A stretch of 64,000 nucleotides of DNA from positions 682,001 through 746,000 of the forward strand of contig CM039006.1 of assembly GCA_017499595.2 (NCBI GenBank), in the 5' to 3' direction. Of this stretch, positions 1-13,975 are shown in pieces. This DNA comes from Psilocybe cubensis. Its lineage: Eukaryota. The notes below the pieces were generated by a model that was given only the letters and a program-made list of their open reading frames with translations, made no database searches and was not told the origin of the DNA. The translations under genes and the position numbers were made by a program. The number at the start of each line of letters is the position of its first letter. Within the stretch, counting starts at the first letter, position 1.

Positions 1-5
1 AAAAA

Positions 6-1376
6 TCAATGGATTTGGTCATCAGCCACCAATGCCTGACGCTCTGGGTGATCACCAAAAGGCACAAGGTCAACAAACCTGGCAGCGTATTCAGGTTTCA
101 AGAACCGTACGGAAAGATATTCAGGACGCCCTGGTATAATTCGTATAGAATGAACCATGCTAGTGCTGAGCCCGACATTCCTGACTGCGTCGTGTCCGAC
201 AGCTACAGGATCGGAAAGGTCCGCTGCGCTCGATATGGGTCCATATACCACCTCTCGTTGGTACTCGTGGATTGAGTTGGAGCGTGACTGCAGTGCACTG
301 TGAGCGGCGCTAGTGGACGGTCGGGAGGTCGGGGGAACATCCGTGTTGAGAAATTCATCTGACGATCTCCTTCGTTTTGTACCAGGGATAAACGGCCTCT
401 CAAAAAGACTGGGAGAAGACGTGAGGGAGTGGGGCGGCGCCATGATAGTATGATCGGGATGGAGCCCAGCGATAGCTGACTCAGAACTTTCCGGGAAGGG
501 AGACGTAAGTCGGCGCACGCTGTCCGCCAAAAATGCGATGGACTCTCTGGTTGTAGAAGAAAACGATGCGATGTCTTTAGTAAGCTCGTCAAGAGCTTTC
601 CGAGTCTCGTTATGCGCTTCAACGAGAGCCGTGAACTCTGGCTGCAGATTCACAGAGCTGGAGGATTGGTTGTTCGACTTCAACAAATCGATTGAATTTT
701 TGTGATCTGTAAGGACACGATAGAAGTCCTGAGCCCGTTGAGCATGGGCTGACTCAGACGCGTAGTAATTCTTTTGAAGTCGCGAAAGATGGCGTGCGAG
801 TATGACCTCGTTCCGAACGAGTCGGTTCTGGTTGTAGATGGCGTCTTTGTTGGGCATGAATGGGGACATTCCAAGGACTGCTACGCTTTCGCTGTCTGTT
901 GGAATAATTTCATCGGTGACCACTTTCCGCGTGCGATGTCTAGTGCGAGGCTGGACTGTGTTTGTATTCACACCTGGCGCAGTCCCGCCGATTAAAGATG
1001 GGTCACTCATCCTGCTATCCGGAAATGCGAGAGGTGTATGTAGAAGAAGAGGAGCAGCTGGATGATCAGGATGAGATGAGCCAGAAATTTGCTCTGACTG
1101 TGCTAGATCTCGGCGTTGGTATGTCAATGATGTGGTTGATTTTTCGGGGACATCTACTGTACTTTTATTGTTAGTAATTGAAATTTGGTTTACCAGCCAT
1201 AACATACCTGGGTCAACATACAAATGTTTCCTAGCATAGGTAGGCGCCGGGGGATGCGATGTTGTAAGGTTGCTTAGCTCGTCTAATGGAGATGCTTGAA
1301 TGCTACGTCAATCATTAGAATACAGAAAAAACTTACCATTGACTTGATTTTCTTCCTCTTTGTTGAGCTGTGCCAT
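6..1376 (-). CDS. Hypothetical protein with coiled coil and C-terminal RRM-like segment; possibly ORF1 (gag-like) of a LINE-type retrotransposon
   Basis: The 405-aa ORF 6..1223 can be extended to an ATG at 1376 through a GTAAGT...AG intron. It has a heptad-like segment (LVEAHNETRKALDELTKDI) and a C-terminal VVYGP...LSVRFLKPEYAARFV. The LINE link is inference, since any ORF2 would lie outside the window. Confidence 0.5.
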
Positions 1377-4300
1377 GTGTTGAGATAGAATGAGGTATGA
1401 AGTTTATCTGGGATTGGAACTTGTATGTAAATCTGACGGGGCTTAAATAAGAGACAAAAGCCATGGATCTGTTTTTAAGTTTTAACATACCATTACCTTA
1501 ATACAAATCTGCAAAGACGGCGGAAAACAAACCGTATACGTCGCGTCGGATGCGTCTGTAGCAACACACGATGACAGACTGTGTCTGTCAACGATCCATA
1601 TCGGTTGGCCGTAGCGTTTGGGAAGGCTGTCCCGGAATCGGGGGTGGGCAACGGTTATAATTAGCATTTTCACAACGTGCCCGAGGTTGGGGCCATCAGT
1701 GGTCCTATCTGCTCAGTCAGCCGTTTTTGACAATAGGCGGATTCCTGAATATTGCCAGGATAGACACTGATGACGGATGGTAGTACTGGAAGGTTCCATA
1801 AATTGCCAGTAGAGATTTCTTCTCGTTCTTGAAGTTGACTCAACAACTTGAACGAGTGATGAAATTAAAGATCGTGGTAAAGAATTCATTTGGTCTGACT
1901 CATGGAACAAAATCTTACGCTTAGTATTGCACAGAGTCCAACATCCAAGATTATATAACACCTTGTATACTCATAAATTTAAGGAAGCTACTTATATGAC
2001 TCAAGTTAAGCAGCTCAAGTGAACCGTGGATATTGTGGTTGCCGAGCCATCACTCGGCATGACCGCCGGACGGTAGCTTTTCCCGCCGTTCCATAAATAT
2101 GAATCTCCGATTAAACACGTAAGCTTCCCATGTTGTCAAACCGCTCGATAATCTTGAAAAACTCGCAAATTCCACTACCAATCCTCCTGGATCTCATCCT
2201 GCACCGATGTCTCCCACAAATCCTTGCTTTCAATTGAAATGCATCGCTTTCGAGCGTAATTGCGTCCATCACCTGTTCTTGGGCTTTGTTTTATCATACC
2301 CAAGTAGACATTGGGCGCCGTCTGCCAGTGTTGTCCCCACCTTGCCATCTCAGAATCTATGAAATCGATTGAATATTGCAGATCAACTACTTCAACTTTA
2401 TACCCACACCTTAGCACTATCCGGGACTACTCGACTGGTGTTATTTTCTGCATTTCCACCAATGTGCGCGCGACTAGTACAAAATACTTTTTTCCTGACA
2501 GGGCGGGATGGATCAGTTTTAGTAACGCTCAATGATTTTGCCTTCTGCAAATTTTGTTATGACTTTGAATGACTCCTTCCTCTGGATAACCTCCTTTCGC
2601 CTTATGGCTCTTTACTAGATGTGTTGATTGAGTCACGCGCGACCGCAACGGACGGACGGAACCAACGGATTCAAAACTTTTGCACTGCACCTCGGACTAG
2701 CACACATCGATTCTTCTCTACGGTAATGGATACGGGACAGTTACCGGAATGCGTGGCCTCTTACTCTACATGACCTTCGATGTGTGGTCGCGGAAGTGAA
2801 GCGTTCTTGGAGAGGTCGGGGTAAGACTGGCCTATTTCGAGCGCATACGGCTTCCAACGGCTTTTCAGGGCCCTTGCGATCGGATTCACTCGAAAAGAAG
2901 GTCTCTCTCCTACCGGCACAGCGCTATATATCCCAATGGTCTGCATCAGTGTGGGAGGATCAGCTCTCTACGGTGATATCCACGAAATCCTTGTACTTTT
3001 TTGTATTTGAGGTTAAACCTGCCAAATCCCTTTCCAATTCTTGCATCTCTGTATTTAAGGGCGCAGGTCAAACCACCGTCCGGATTCGCCGATTAAACAT
3101 CTAAATTTGCTGGCAGTTTCAAGCGCACTCTTTCAATTGCTTGTCAGGTACGAAAAATATTATTGGACAACTCTTCGTCAAAAATCCCCAGATCGTAGAC
3201 AGGGAATGAAGTCTCTATAGCATTCCATAGATCAATTTGTAAAACCAACGAGCAGAGTCGGCGACCATAATGTACCGAGTTATTTCCCCTCTTTGGTATC
3301 AAGCCCCTGTAAGCTCCTCTAGAACTTCGTGCGTCATGGGCTCATCAGCTTCCTCTATATATGTGCTTCGACCTATGTTAATCAAGGGAGGCAACACAAG
3401 TTTTAAAGTCGGTACATCATGGTTGCCGACAATTTTTGCGTTGTTTTCTAGAGATGGTTAGCGTATGTATTTTTAAAGATAGGACTCAGCGTCTACAGAA
3501 CCACATGGACGTCTTATTCCTTGTTTAAGAAATCCGGGGGCTTCATTCAAAGCACAAGGTCAGGGCCGCGGGGATTGTAATGTCAATTGAGAGATTTTTT
3601 TCAACTGCGATTCATTCTAATCTATTTCAACTGATTCCAATGGGTGCCAACCAGCCTCCCTAGCACATTTTTAGCCTTCAAACCAACCAGAAATTGGAAC
3701 TCAAATGCCCAAAACGCAGGGCAGAATGCCAGCCATCTTGGAGCTCAAATTCCGACGCAAATCTGGATAGTGGATGTCCAATGGTACTGGATACGCCAGA
3801 AACAGAGAAAGATTGTGCGGTTCTAGATTTCTCAGAACAGACTAGGAGCATCTGTTGCAAATTTAGCAAGTAATTGTGTTGTAACTCGCACGAGTGCCCA
3901 GTTGCGTCTTTGACAGACGGTGATTTGACTCGGAGGGCATGTCAAACTAATTCTGTGCTCAAACAACTCCGGCCTATGTTTCTGCGTTTACGGCAGGAAA
4001 CGGAATGCCAACGGGATGTCAACGGAAGGGCAACTCACGGGAAAATTTATTGCAATCATCCCGACGCAACGACACACTTATCTTATCAAAGATCGCTGCA
4101 ATATCAAATGGGATCAAGTATCTTGAACAATCTTGCTGAGCCCCTCCGACCCGTTCGATCCTGTTCGATCTCCCCAGATTTTATTACCAAATTCATTTTG
4201 GATAATGTGAAAGTGGTCGCATGGCATGCTGAGTTGCATTTCCCGGGCGCTTAAGTATTTCGGTTCGAGCGATGAAAGGGATGTCTGTGACCCTCTGCCC

Positions 4301-5412
4301 ATTTTTCGTCTGCGCCCCTGCAGAACAAGACACTTGTGAAAACAGGACGGTGAACTTGTGGCCAATGACATCAATAGTAACAACAAGGGCCTCAGTGCGG
4401 AATGATCATTCGCAAAACTTGGTTGACAAATGTTATCATTGCCGCTGTATCGTTTGGTTGACAGTATGGGTTATTGTAACCTATATCCCTCAGTAGAATT
4501 CCATGACAATGACCACAAAGCATTCTGCCTTGGCTTTTTAGATTTAAACTCATTGATTATATTGCAAACGGTTCAAACCATCCTCTCTGAGAACCCGCTT
4601 TCCGAGTCTTGAAATAGATTTGCATTGGGAAACCTCGACCACAATTTCGAAACTCGAATCCGCTAAAATATCAGCATGCGTGCAGAGAAGCTTAGAATCC
4701 ATTTGAAGCGACGCTCGAGCTCAAAGTCGTATACCTGTGCAAATATGTACGCCCATTTGTATCGGAAGGCCCTGACTCGGACCGTTCACCGCATCATGCA
4801 TGGTTCCGTCCACCTAATTTTACGACGATCTATCTCTCCCCGCTTATTTGAAAGGGATCGCAAAGAGCTTGAGCAGGTCACCAGGTCTAATTTTGATAAC
4901 GGCAAAAAGAGAGTTGGCGAAAAGAAGTAGATCAAAGAAATCCTGAGATATTTTGGACAATGTTTCGATGACACTTTGCTTAGTATGTCAGAGAAAAAGT
5001 TGTGTACGCATCTGCTTTTAGTTTAATAAATTCAGGACATTGTAGATTGTGGCACCTTCATGGAATGAATCTTATCACTGTCAAGTGAAGTGGATCCAAG
5101 AAATGCCCTGAGCAGGCTGTGTTTTCTGTACTCTCGAGTTAAACATATACATCAACTTCGGACGACGGATGACGACGGACGATCTATGTTCCAAGAAAAA
5201 CACGGGGATCGCTTTACTTGAGGTGACGCATCGAATGCCCGCTGTAACACGGCGAATTATGGGTCATTTGAAAGATACGCACATGGACGACGAGCAACCT
5301 CCATTTTTGCGATAGGGATCTCGACCAAGGAACGAGCGCCAGCGGACATGCGATGGACTGACGACGGCCGATCGGGGGTTGTATATTCACCCCGAAATGG
5401 AGCCGATGCAAT

Positions 5413-5456
5413 TTATCGCGCTCGTTATCTATTAACCATAACAAAATAGAGATAAG
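5413..5456 (+). promoter_or_regulatory. Cluster of three GATA(A) elements upstream of NADP-GDH (putative nitrogen-responsive GATA-factor sites)
   Basis: TTATC at 5413 and 5425 and GATAAG at 5451, about 100-140 nt upstream of the ATG. Function is inferred from AreA/NIT2-type regulation of nitrogen genes. Confidence 0.3.
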
Positions 5457-5549
5457 GATTTTGAAGAAAAGGATCGCGGGTGTAGTCTTGTTCGCTCAGT
5501 TCTCTTCTCTTTACTTCTACCATCTCAAACAGCCAACTCGCATCTCACA

Positions 5550-7319
<1,770 letters not shown>

Positions 7320-8759
7320 ATCACTCACTTCGAGCCGCACCACCACCACCGCCACCAGCTCTTCCTTCCGCTTTCATATCCATTCTCAATATAATCATCT
7401 TCTATCGACGCATATACCGCACGACCACCACCACATCATAAACTTAAACGCATATACACAAAAAATACCAAGGACACTCTTGTAATGCACGAGACTGTCC
7501 ACCCCAACCAACGACCCTCGCGGAGCCATATTTATCATATTACCCCTGTCCAGTAACGCCAGCGAAAGTCGAACTCGAACTTTCTTTTCTTGCTTCTCGC
7601 GATGCATATATGCTATAATCCATCAGGTTGTTTTGTTTCTTTTTGCACCCTCATAGATTTATCATATTCATCCACCACCCATCCATTGCGACAACGGGCG
7701 ATATTCGCTCGATCTGTCTACGCAATCATCACCCATAATCATCTATTTTGTTGTTGGTTCCATCCCAATATCCTTGCTCCTGACTCCTGTTTATTCTCCT
7801 GCTCACTCGCCTGCTCCTGCTCCTGCTTTGCATCGAATCGATTCGACACCTTATATTTCTGTAATAACATCGTCACTCACACATAGAGCTGTTCAAGTAT
7901 ATTTTAATACTTAGTACTACCTCCCTCATCGCAACCCATGTATTGATTTTGATGAAATAAATCACCCTTGTCTTTTTGTATCGCTATATTCGAGTCTTAA
8001 TTGGAATTTGCGGGATATGATTATCGTTGAATAGTGGATTGATTGGTTGGTGTTTGAAGTACGGGGTGACTAGGACTGATCTGGTCAACGATGGATAATG
8101 GGCAAACAATTCGACTTTTACACTCCATTATCTCCGCAGTGCAGATCGGTTTACGATGCGATATGTATAACGGTATGTCTTGTCTATTAGTGTAAAGTGG
8201 CGATCACGGACACAACGCCCAGGGGCCCACAATGTGAATGATTAAATTGGAGGATCGTCGAATGACGCGGTCCGCCTCTCACGTCACGTAGAGAGTACAC
8301 TCCGTGTCGCGAGAGGTGTAGCAGGCGCGGGCGCGAATTTGGGCATGCATACGACGTGTACCGTGTCAAAAAACAGGAATTTGCAAGAAGGTTTGGGTCA
8401 TGTCGTAACGCTGGGGTCGGCCATAGTTCTTCTGAAAGCCTCAAGGTACTGAAGCGTATCAACAGGCGCTGATTTATGACCAAGAGGTGAGCTTTCAACG
8501 ATAGCCATTACTTGAGACATAAAAGAAAGGAGAAGAAGAGACGAGAAAAGAAAGAAAAGCGCCCATTTTAACAGCGTACCATTTGATGATGCAGTCCAGC
8601 CAGATCATATCATCTCAGATCTTCACAGATCTTCAATAATTGTACTCCCAAAAAAAGTGCCATTGGGAATGTGAACAGCTAAAGATAAAAATACACACAG
8701 ATCAAACCATGAAAAACATCATCAACAGCAATAGCATCGTCAAAAATGAAATGATATAA

Positions 8760-8760
<1 letters not shown>

Positions 8761-8790
<30 letters not shown>
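8761..8790 (+). repeat. (AAC)10 microsatellite in the SEH1 3' UTR region
   Basis: Ten perfect AAC units read directly from the sequence. Confidence 0.95.
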
Positions 8791-8791
<1 letters not shown>

Positions 8792-8798
8792 GAAAAAA

Positions 8799-10524
8799 TC
8801 ACGCATCCATATCGACATCCTTGCTGTTCGGCTGTGTTGGCTCTTCGGTCTGTTCTACGCCTACACTGCCGGCTGGTCTCCACACGTTGCCAGATGTTGC
8901 TTTCCATAGGCGGATGCGGCCGTCGTTTCCAGCGGAAGATAGGATAGTTCTGTATGCGTAGCAGTTATGAGTTGCGGGATAAGAAAATGTTAAGGCTAAT
9001 TAGCGTACCCGGTTATATTCCATTCTACTCTGCCCACGGCTGATCTATTGGAAAGCAGGATTAGACGCAACTATCAAAAAGAATGGAAATGGAAACGCAC
9101 TTGTGCTGATCGAAATCCGCCACAGCAACAGCCGTCCATTTCGAATCGTCGCTCTCGCTCTCGCCCGTGCTCATACCCATGGCCACATTTTCAGTATCGA
9201 TGTCCTCCGAGCCTGGTTTGACCTTCCAGATTCTGACGTGGCCGTCGCGGCCGCCGGTTGCGACGAGGTGGTATGAGCGGCCGCAGGAGGGTGCCCAGGC
9301 GACTGAGGTTATAGCGTATGTGCTTGCAGAGCTGGAGGAGGTACGCGAGTCTGTAGGATCCGTTGTGCCTACGTGTGTGGATGAAGAGGTGGAGGCGTCG
9401 GTGGTAGGAGAGGAGGAGAGGGTGAGGAGGGTAGAGGATCTACGTGCGTTGATTTGGATGATCTAGGGAAATTATCGAGAAAGATCAGCGATGACTTGTA
9501 GATGGTAGATGTAGATGCAAAGCGTTTTGCATTTGCATTTGCATTTGCGGTTTAGGCACGTACTTTGATGACGCCTGTCGTACCGCACCCTGCGGCGATC
9601 ACTTCGCCCCAGTATTTGTCTTTACACCACGAGAGACACCAACCGCCGTCGGCTTCACGGTTGCCAAGGCCTGCCCTGGCCTGCGAGTTGGGAGTCCCCG
9701 CGGCGGCGTTTTGTGACTGCTGAAGGGCTTGGGCGACAAGGGTTGCGGAGGCACCTTCCAGGGTGGCGCTTGTTTGGGTGGGGGTTGCTAGCGCCATTGT
9801 ATGTGCGCGCGAGAGGTATCCAGGAGAAGGCCCGGCTGCTATACTCAATACATCCAGTTCCTCGGTAAGTTGCCATGAGACGAGCGAGGGCTGCTCGACG
9901 CATTCGTAGATACGGAGCATGTTGTCTGTGGATATTGTAGCCTGGAACCAAACAGTCAAATTACGTGTTGGAAAGCAAAAAGAGTGAAAAACGCGCTTAC
10001 GAGTTTCAGTCCAAAGTGGTGAGGCACGAATTCGACGGCGCGGACGGTGCCTTTGGCGTCTGAGAGCACAGCGCGCTCTATCCAGCGTGAGGTTATGGGG
10101 ACGTGGATCTGCGCGGAGCCGTTGACGTTGTTAGACTGCTGCGCGTCGGCTTGTGCGGTGGACTGCTCCCATATTTTCACGGTGCGGTCGAACGAGGCAG
10201 AGGCGATGATAGAGCCAAACTCTGGATGTGCCCAGCTGAGTTTCGAAACAGCGGCGTCATGAGCCTGGTCGCGTTATTCAATACATGTTTGGAGGATTAT
10301 ATGCGCCAACGTACTTTCCAGTCGTCTTCCACGTTCCATGTGTTGTTCTCATCGAGCTGCCAGACTTTTATGCTGATCTTGTAAGAGTTGACGCCCGCGA
10401 TGGGGTGGAGTGCGACTCACCGTTGGTCCAAACTACATGTGGCTAGACGGAGGCCGTAAAAGTCGTAGCACGCGTCAGTAACGAGATCGCCATGGACATT
10501 CTGGATGAGGCCTGTCTGTATCAT
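8799..10524 (-). CDS. SEH1: WD40-repeat nucleoporin SEH1 (Sec13 paralogue)
   Basis: N-terminus MIQTGLIQNVHGDLVTDACYDFYGLRLATCSLDQR. Also WAHPEFGSIIASASFDRTVKIWE, VEFVPHHFGLKL, WAPSCGRSYHLVATGGRDGHVRIW and LSSAGNDGRIRLWKA. Confidence 0.9.
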
Positions 10525-10915
10525 GTTATTGTTGAAGCGGGCGGAGGGAAGCTCGGCGACGACGGTAGAACTCAAGCACGGCAGTCGCGGGTCGGAATGG
10601 CGATCGTGCGGGCGGCAGGCGTCGTTGAACGGATAAAATTACATAAGCAGTGCACGTGTCCGTCCACAAAAAAAAAGTAGACAGCCTTCTGAATTCAGGG
10701 GCTTGCATCTCTTCTGTCTTGAACACCCTTCACAGCCTTGCGACCCCTATCGCCCTGTCCTCTCTCCACATCCTCTCTCCCTCCCAAGGCCCTCTGCACA
10801 TACACAGTACGTCTTTTCTGCGTCTATCTCGCCGCCCACGGTACACGTAGACCCACCTGTCGCTATAGGGAAGCTATTGTTCATTGTTCGGAAAATTGCC
10901 AGCTAGAATTTCTTC

Positions 10916-12164
10916 ATGGCCGACACTCAGGAGCCCAAGGTCGATGTGGCTGCCCAGCCCGCTCAGGACGCGGAACAGACAGCAGAGGCGGTAGAGGCCA
11001 CAAAGGTGTGTCTTTTTTCAACGTTGACCCGCAAGTGCCTCTCGCTGACCCCAGGGCACCTTCGAAAAGGAGGCAGAGCCGTCTTCCCCTGGCGACACCA
11101 AAGACAGTTCTGCTGCATCAAAGGACGACCCTTCTCCCCCACGCCGCCCACTCACACGCTCTCAGACCGGTACCGTGCCTAAGCGCCGGTCGCGCGATGA
11201 CTCAGACGCTGTAGCTGAACAGCCGAAAAAGCGTGCCTCTGTGTCGCGCAAAAGGCAGAAGACCGCATCGGCGCCGGCGGAGGACAGAGTCGAACCGCAA
11301 CCACAGGACTCTGCGTCCGTGTCAAGTCCCCAGCCGCCCTCTACGCGAGAGGTTTCACTGCCCGCGTCGACCGCTAGCGCGCCTCAGGCTTCTGGCGCGA
11401 ATCAGATCACCTTCTATCATACACCGTCCACGTCTGAGGACCAAGCCGACTGTCGTTTGCCCCGCTCTCGGGCATCTCTTCCCACTCCTATTCCCAATCT
11501 TACGAAAAAGAGCCGTGGCCGGCGTGTCCCCACCCAGGATTCAGGCAATACTGATCCGGAGAAGAAGGACGATAGGCTTTATGTTTGCACTGTCGATGGG
11601 TGTGGGAAATGTTTTCACCGGGGTGAGCACCTTAAACGGCACATTCGCTCCATTCACACCCACGAGAAACGTATGTTGTTTTATTTTGCTTTATTATTCA
11701 TCTCCTTTCTAACGCCCCTGTCTGCCATTATTACAGCATTCAAATGCACATTCCCTCTGTGCCAAAAGTATTTCAACCGACACGATAATTTGTTACAGCA
11801 TCTCAAGGTTCATAGGGACCCAGCGCCCAAGGAACCTGTTGCTCAACCTCCCCCCACTGCCCCCGTGCACCGACACGCGTCCACATCCACCTCTTCGCCC
11901 CATCCTCGTCATCACCACCAGCGCTCGTATTCGCCCGTCGAGGAACCGGAATCGCCGATAGCGCCCGCTGAACCTCGCACGATCTACAACGCATTCCCAA
12001 GGACAACCTACTCCACACCTTACCCGACGTCAAACATTGCATTTAGTTCCAACAACGACTCGATCAATCTTCTCGCGAGTATGGCGGTGTCGTCCCTCCG
12101 CACAGAGCTTCCTCAATCGCCTATCGAGTCGCGCGGCAGCGCGTTGCGTTCAAGTCTGTATTGA
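10916..12164 (+). CDS. C2H2 zinc-finger transcription factor (two fingers, Msn2/Seb1-like DNA-binding region)
   Basis: YVCTVDGCGKCFHRGEHLKRHIRSIHTHEK / FKCTFPLCQKYFNRHDNLLQHLKVH, preceded by PIPNLTKKSRGRRVP. Two introns, at about 11006 and 11671. Confidence 0.9.
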
Positions 12165-12807
12165 CTGACTTTGTTAGGACCTCTGTATTTAAAATGCGGC
12201 TAGTCGTCGTTCATTTGTATCACCCGACCCTCCTCCAGCCAGGCTTGCCTGGTCAAGTACTGTATCCCCTCCATTGCTTCATGTTTAATGCCACGTCAGC
12301 CCTCGTCTGACGCAGTTTCCTTCCGCTACGTATAGTATAATTAGAAATTGTATGTTGTGCTGATGATGTAACTCCTCTGCGTCTTTTTTTCCCTATATTT
12401 ATGGGCTACGTTTGTCTGCTATCCCTGGCCTGCGTGCCCTTGCCTTTTTTTTTCTCTTTGTCTCATTTATCGAGTCGTTTTATTTTTTTTTCTAAAGCCA
12501 CCATCACGGCTTGGTTTAAACCCCCTCTCGACTCTTTTTTGTTATCTTTTCGTGCTACGCTTCACTCTACTCTCCTTTTTGATGATTGATGACCTTTCAA
12601 GTTAACCATAGTATTTATTCTGCGGATCTAGCCTTGTGACGCACGCACGTATGTTATTATTACTGTTACGAATGATTTTTATGACACGTTTTTTGATGTT
12701 TTGATTGGTGTAAGTATCTCTCTTTTTCTCATTGTTCTTTTTTATTTTGGAATGTGTAGTTTAGCTTTGCTTTGTAGGTTACACATTTCGTCTTGGAAAA
12801 AAAAAAT

Positions 12808-13975
12808 CACAGCACAAAATTGTAAAATGTGACGACCGGCATATTCCCGTCGTATTGTCACAATCCCTGGCAATATGACGGGAATGTACTTGAAATGTGC
12901 ACGTTTAGACATTGTAGGACCTTTCCTCAATTTAGACGGCAATGTGCTCAGAATGTACTCGGAATATACTCAGAATGTATGTAGTTTTGGTCGGAACAAT
13001 TTACTTGAGGTAAAAATAAATCGAGGGTACAGTCAGGGTCCACTGGCAGTAGCGGGATATACATTCCTTGGGGTCCCTTCGAGCAGAATACTACGGTTTT
13101 GTCCAGTAGAATACAACAGGTTTTATAAAAAATTATAGTGGTAAAGACATATACAAGTAATAATCTAGAGAGAAAGAGTACAATGTATGCGAACTGCCCG
13201 CATTGGCAGTACCGTCTAAAGGCTTCACGACCGTGAACCGATAAACACCCCGCCGTTAGAATGTCCAACCCAATTCCACCTTGCTTTATACATGAGTGTT
13301 AAATTACTTGGTAAGATTCTTTAACACACCTTATGCTTGTGATAGTGTTAAAGTCGGTTAGGTTAGGGGTTGGTCTGCAAGGCGGCGGTCATACAGATTC
13401 ATTGAAGTTAATACGCACCAGCTTATACTAATAGTGCCCGCCTACTACCCGCTAATTTTTTCCCTACTTCTTGAGATCACAGCATATCTCCGGTTCGCTC
13501 GCCGAGTCGAAAGAAATGATGAGTGATTGGCGGGGAGATATAATGTGTCACGAGTAGGTGTAATGGCGAGTAGGTGACAATGGCAAGTTAGTGGCAATGG
13601 CGAGTAGGTGATAATGGCGAGTAGTGTGGCAATGGCGAGTAGGTAACAATGGCGAGTAAGTGGCAAGGACGAGTAGGTGATGGATGCAACAAAGGCGAAA
13701 GAGAAGGAACAGCGCAAGACCTGGTGATTCAGGCTCCGTGCTAAATCGAGCGGCAGAAGCACGTGATACCCTTGATTGAAAAATTCACTAAGTTGTTTTC
13801 CAGAGCAGGACATTTTGAATGAATTTTCGTCACATTCTCGGCTTCCAAAATCTGTCAAAATCTCGTAGAATGCAACGTTTTTACATTTTCGGCAGTCACA
13901 TTTTCGGCACATTCCCAGATCTTTTCATAATCTCCCACAATTTGCGCCTTTCACATTTTACAATTTTGTGCTGTG
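12808..13975. mobile_element. Non-autonomous TIR DNA transposon, CACTA/CMC-like
   Basis: Perfect 25-bp terminal inverted repeats CACAGCACAAAATTGTAAAATGTGA (12808-12832 and reverse complement 13951-13975). A 3-bp direct repeat AAT flanks both sides (12805-07, 13976-78). Subterminal AATGT/ACATT motifs are mirrored, and there is no transposase ORF. Confidence 0.88.
13551..13680 (+). repeat. Degenerate ~17-bp minisatellite (consensus about AATGGCGAGTAGGTGAC), about 8 units, inside the transposon
   Basis: Repeated GGCGAGTAGGTG / GGCAAGTTAGTG units separated by (A/C)AAT. Confidence 0.85.

Noticed and set aside
1450-5100. Patchy short ORFs suggesting decayed gene or transposon sequence
   Set aside because: No continuous frame, recognisable motif or terminal repeats could be established.
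8200-8500. CGCG- and CACGT-rich promoter-like patch between the convergent gdhA and SEH1 genes
   Set aside because: No associated ORF or recognisable ncRNA, and the motifs are too short to be significant.
13551-13680. Repeat array considered as CRISPR-like or as a repeat-peptide (RiPP) precursor
   Set aside because: There are no unique spacers, the 17-bp unit is not codon-phased, the context is eukaryotic, and it lies inside a transposon.
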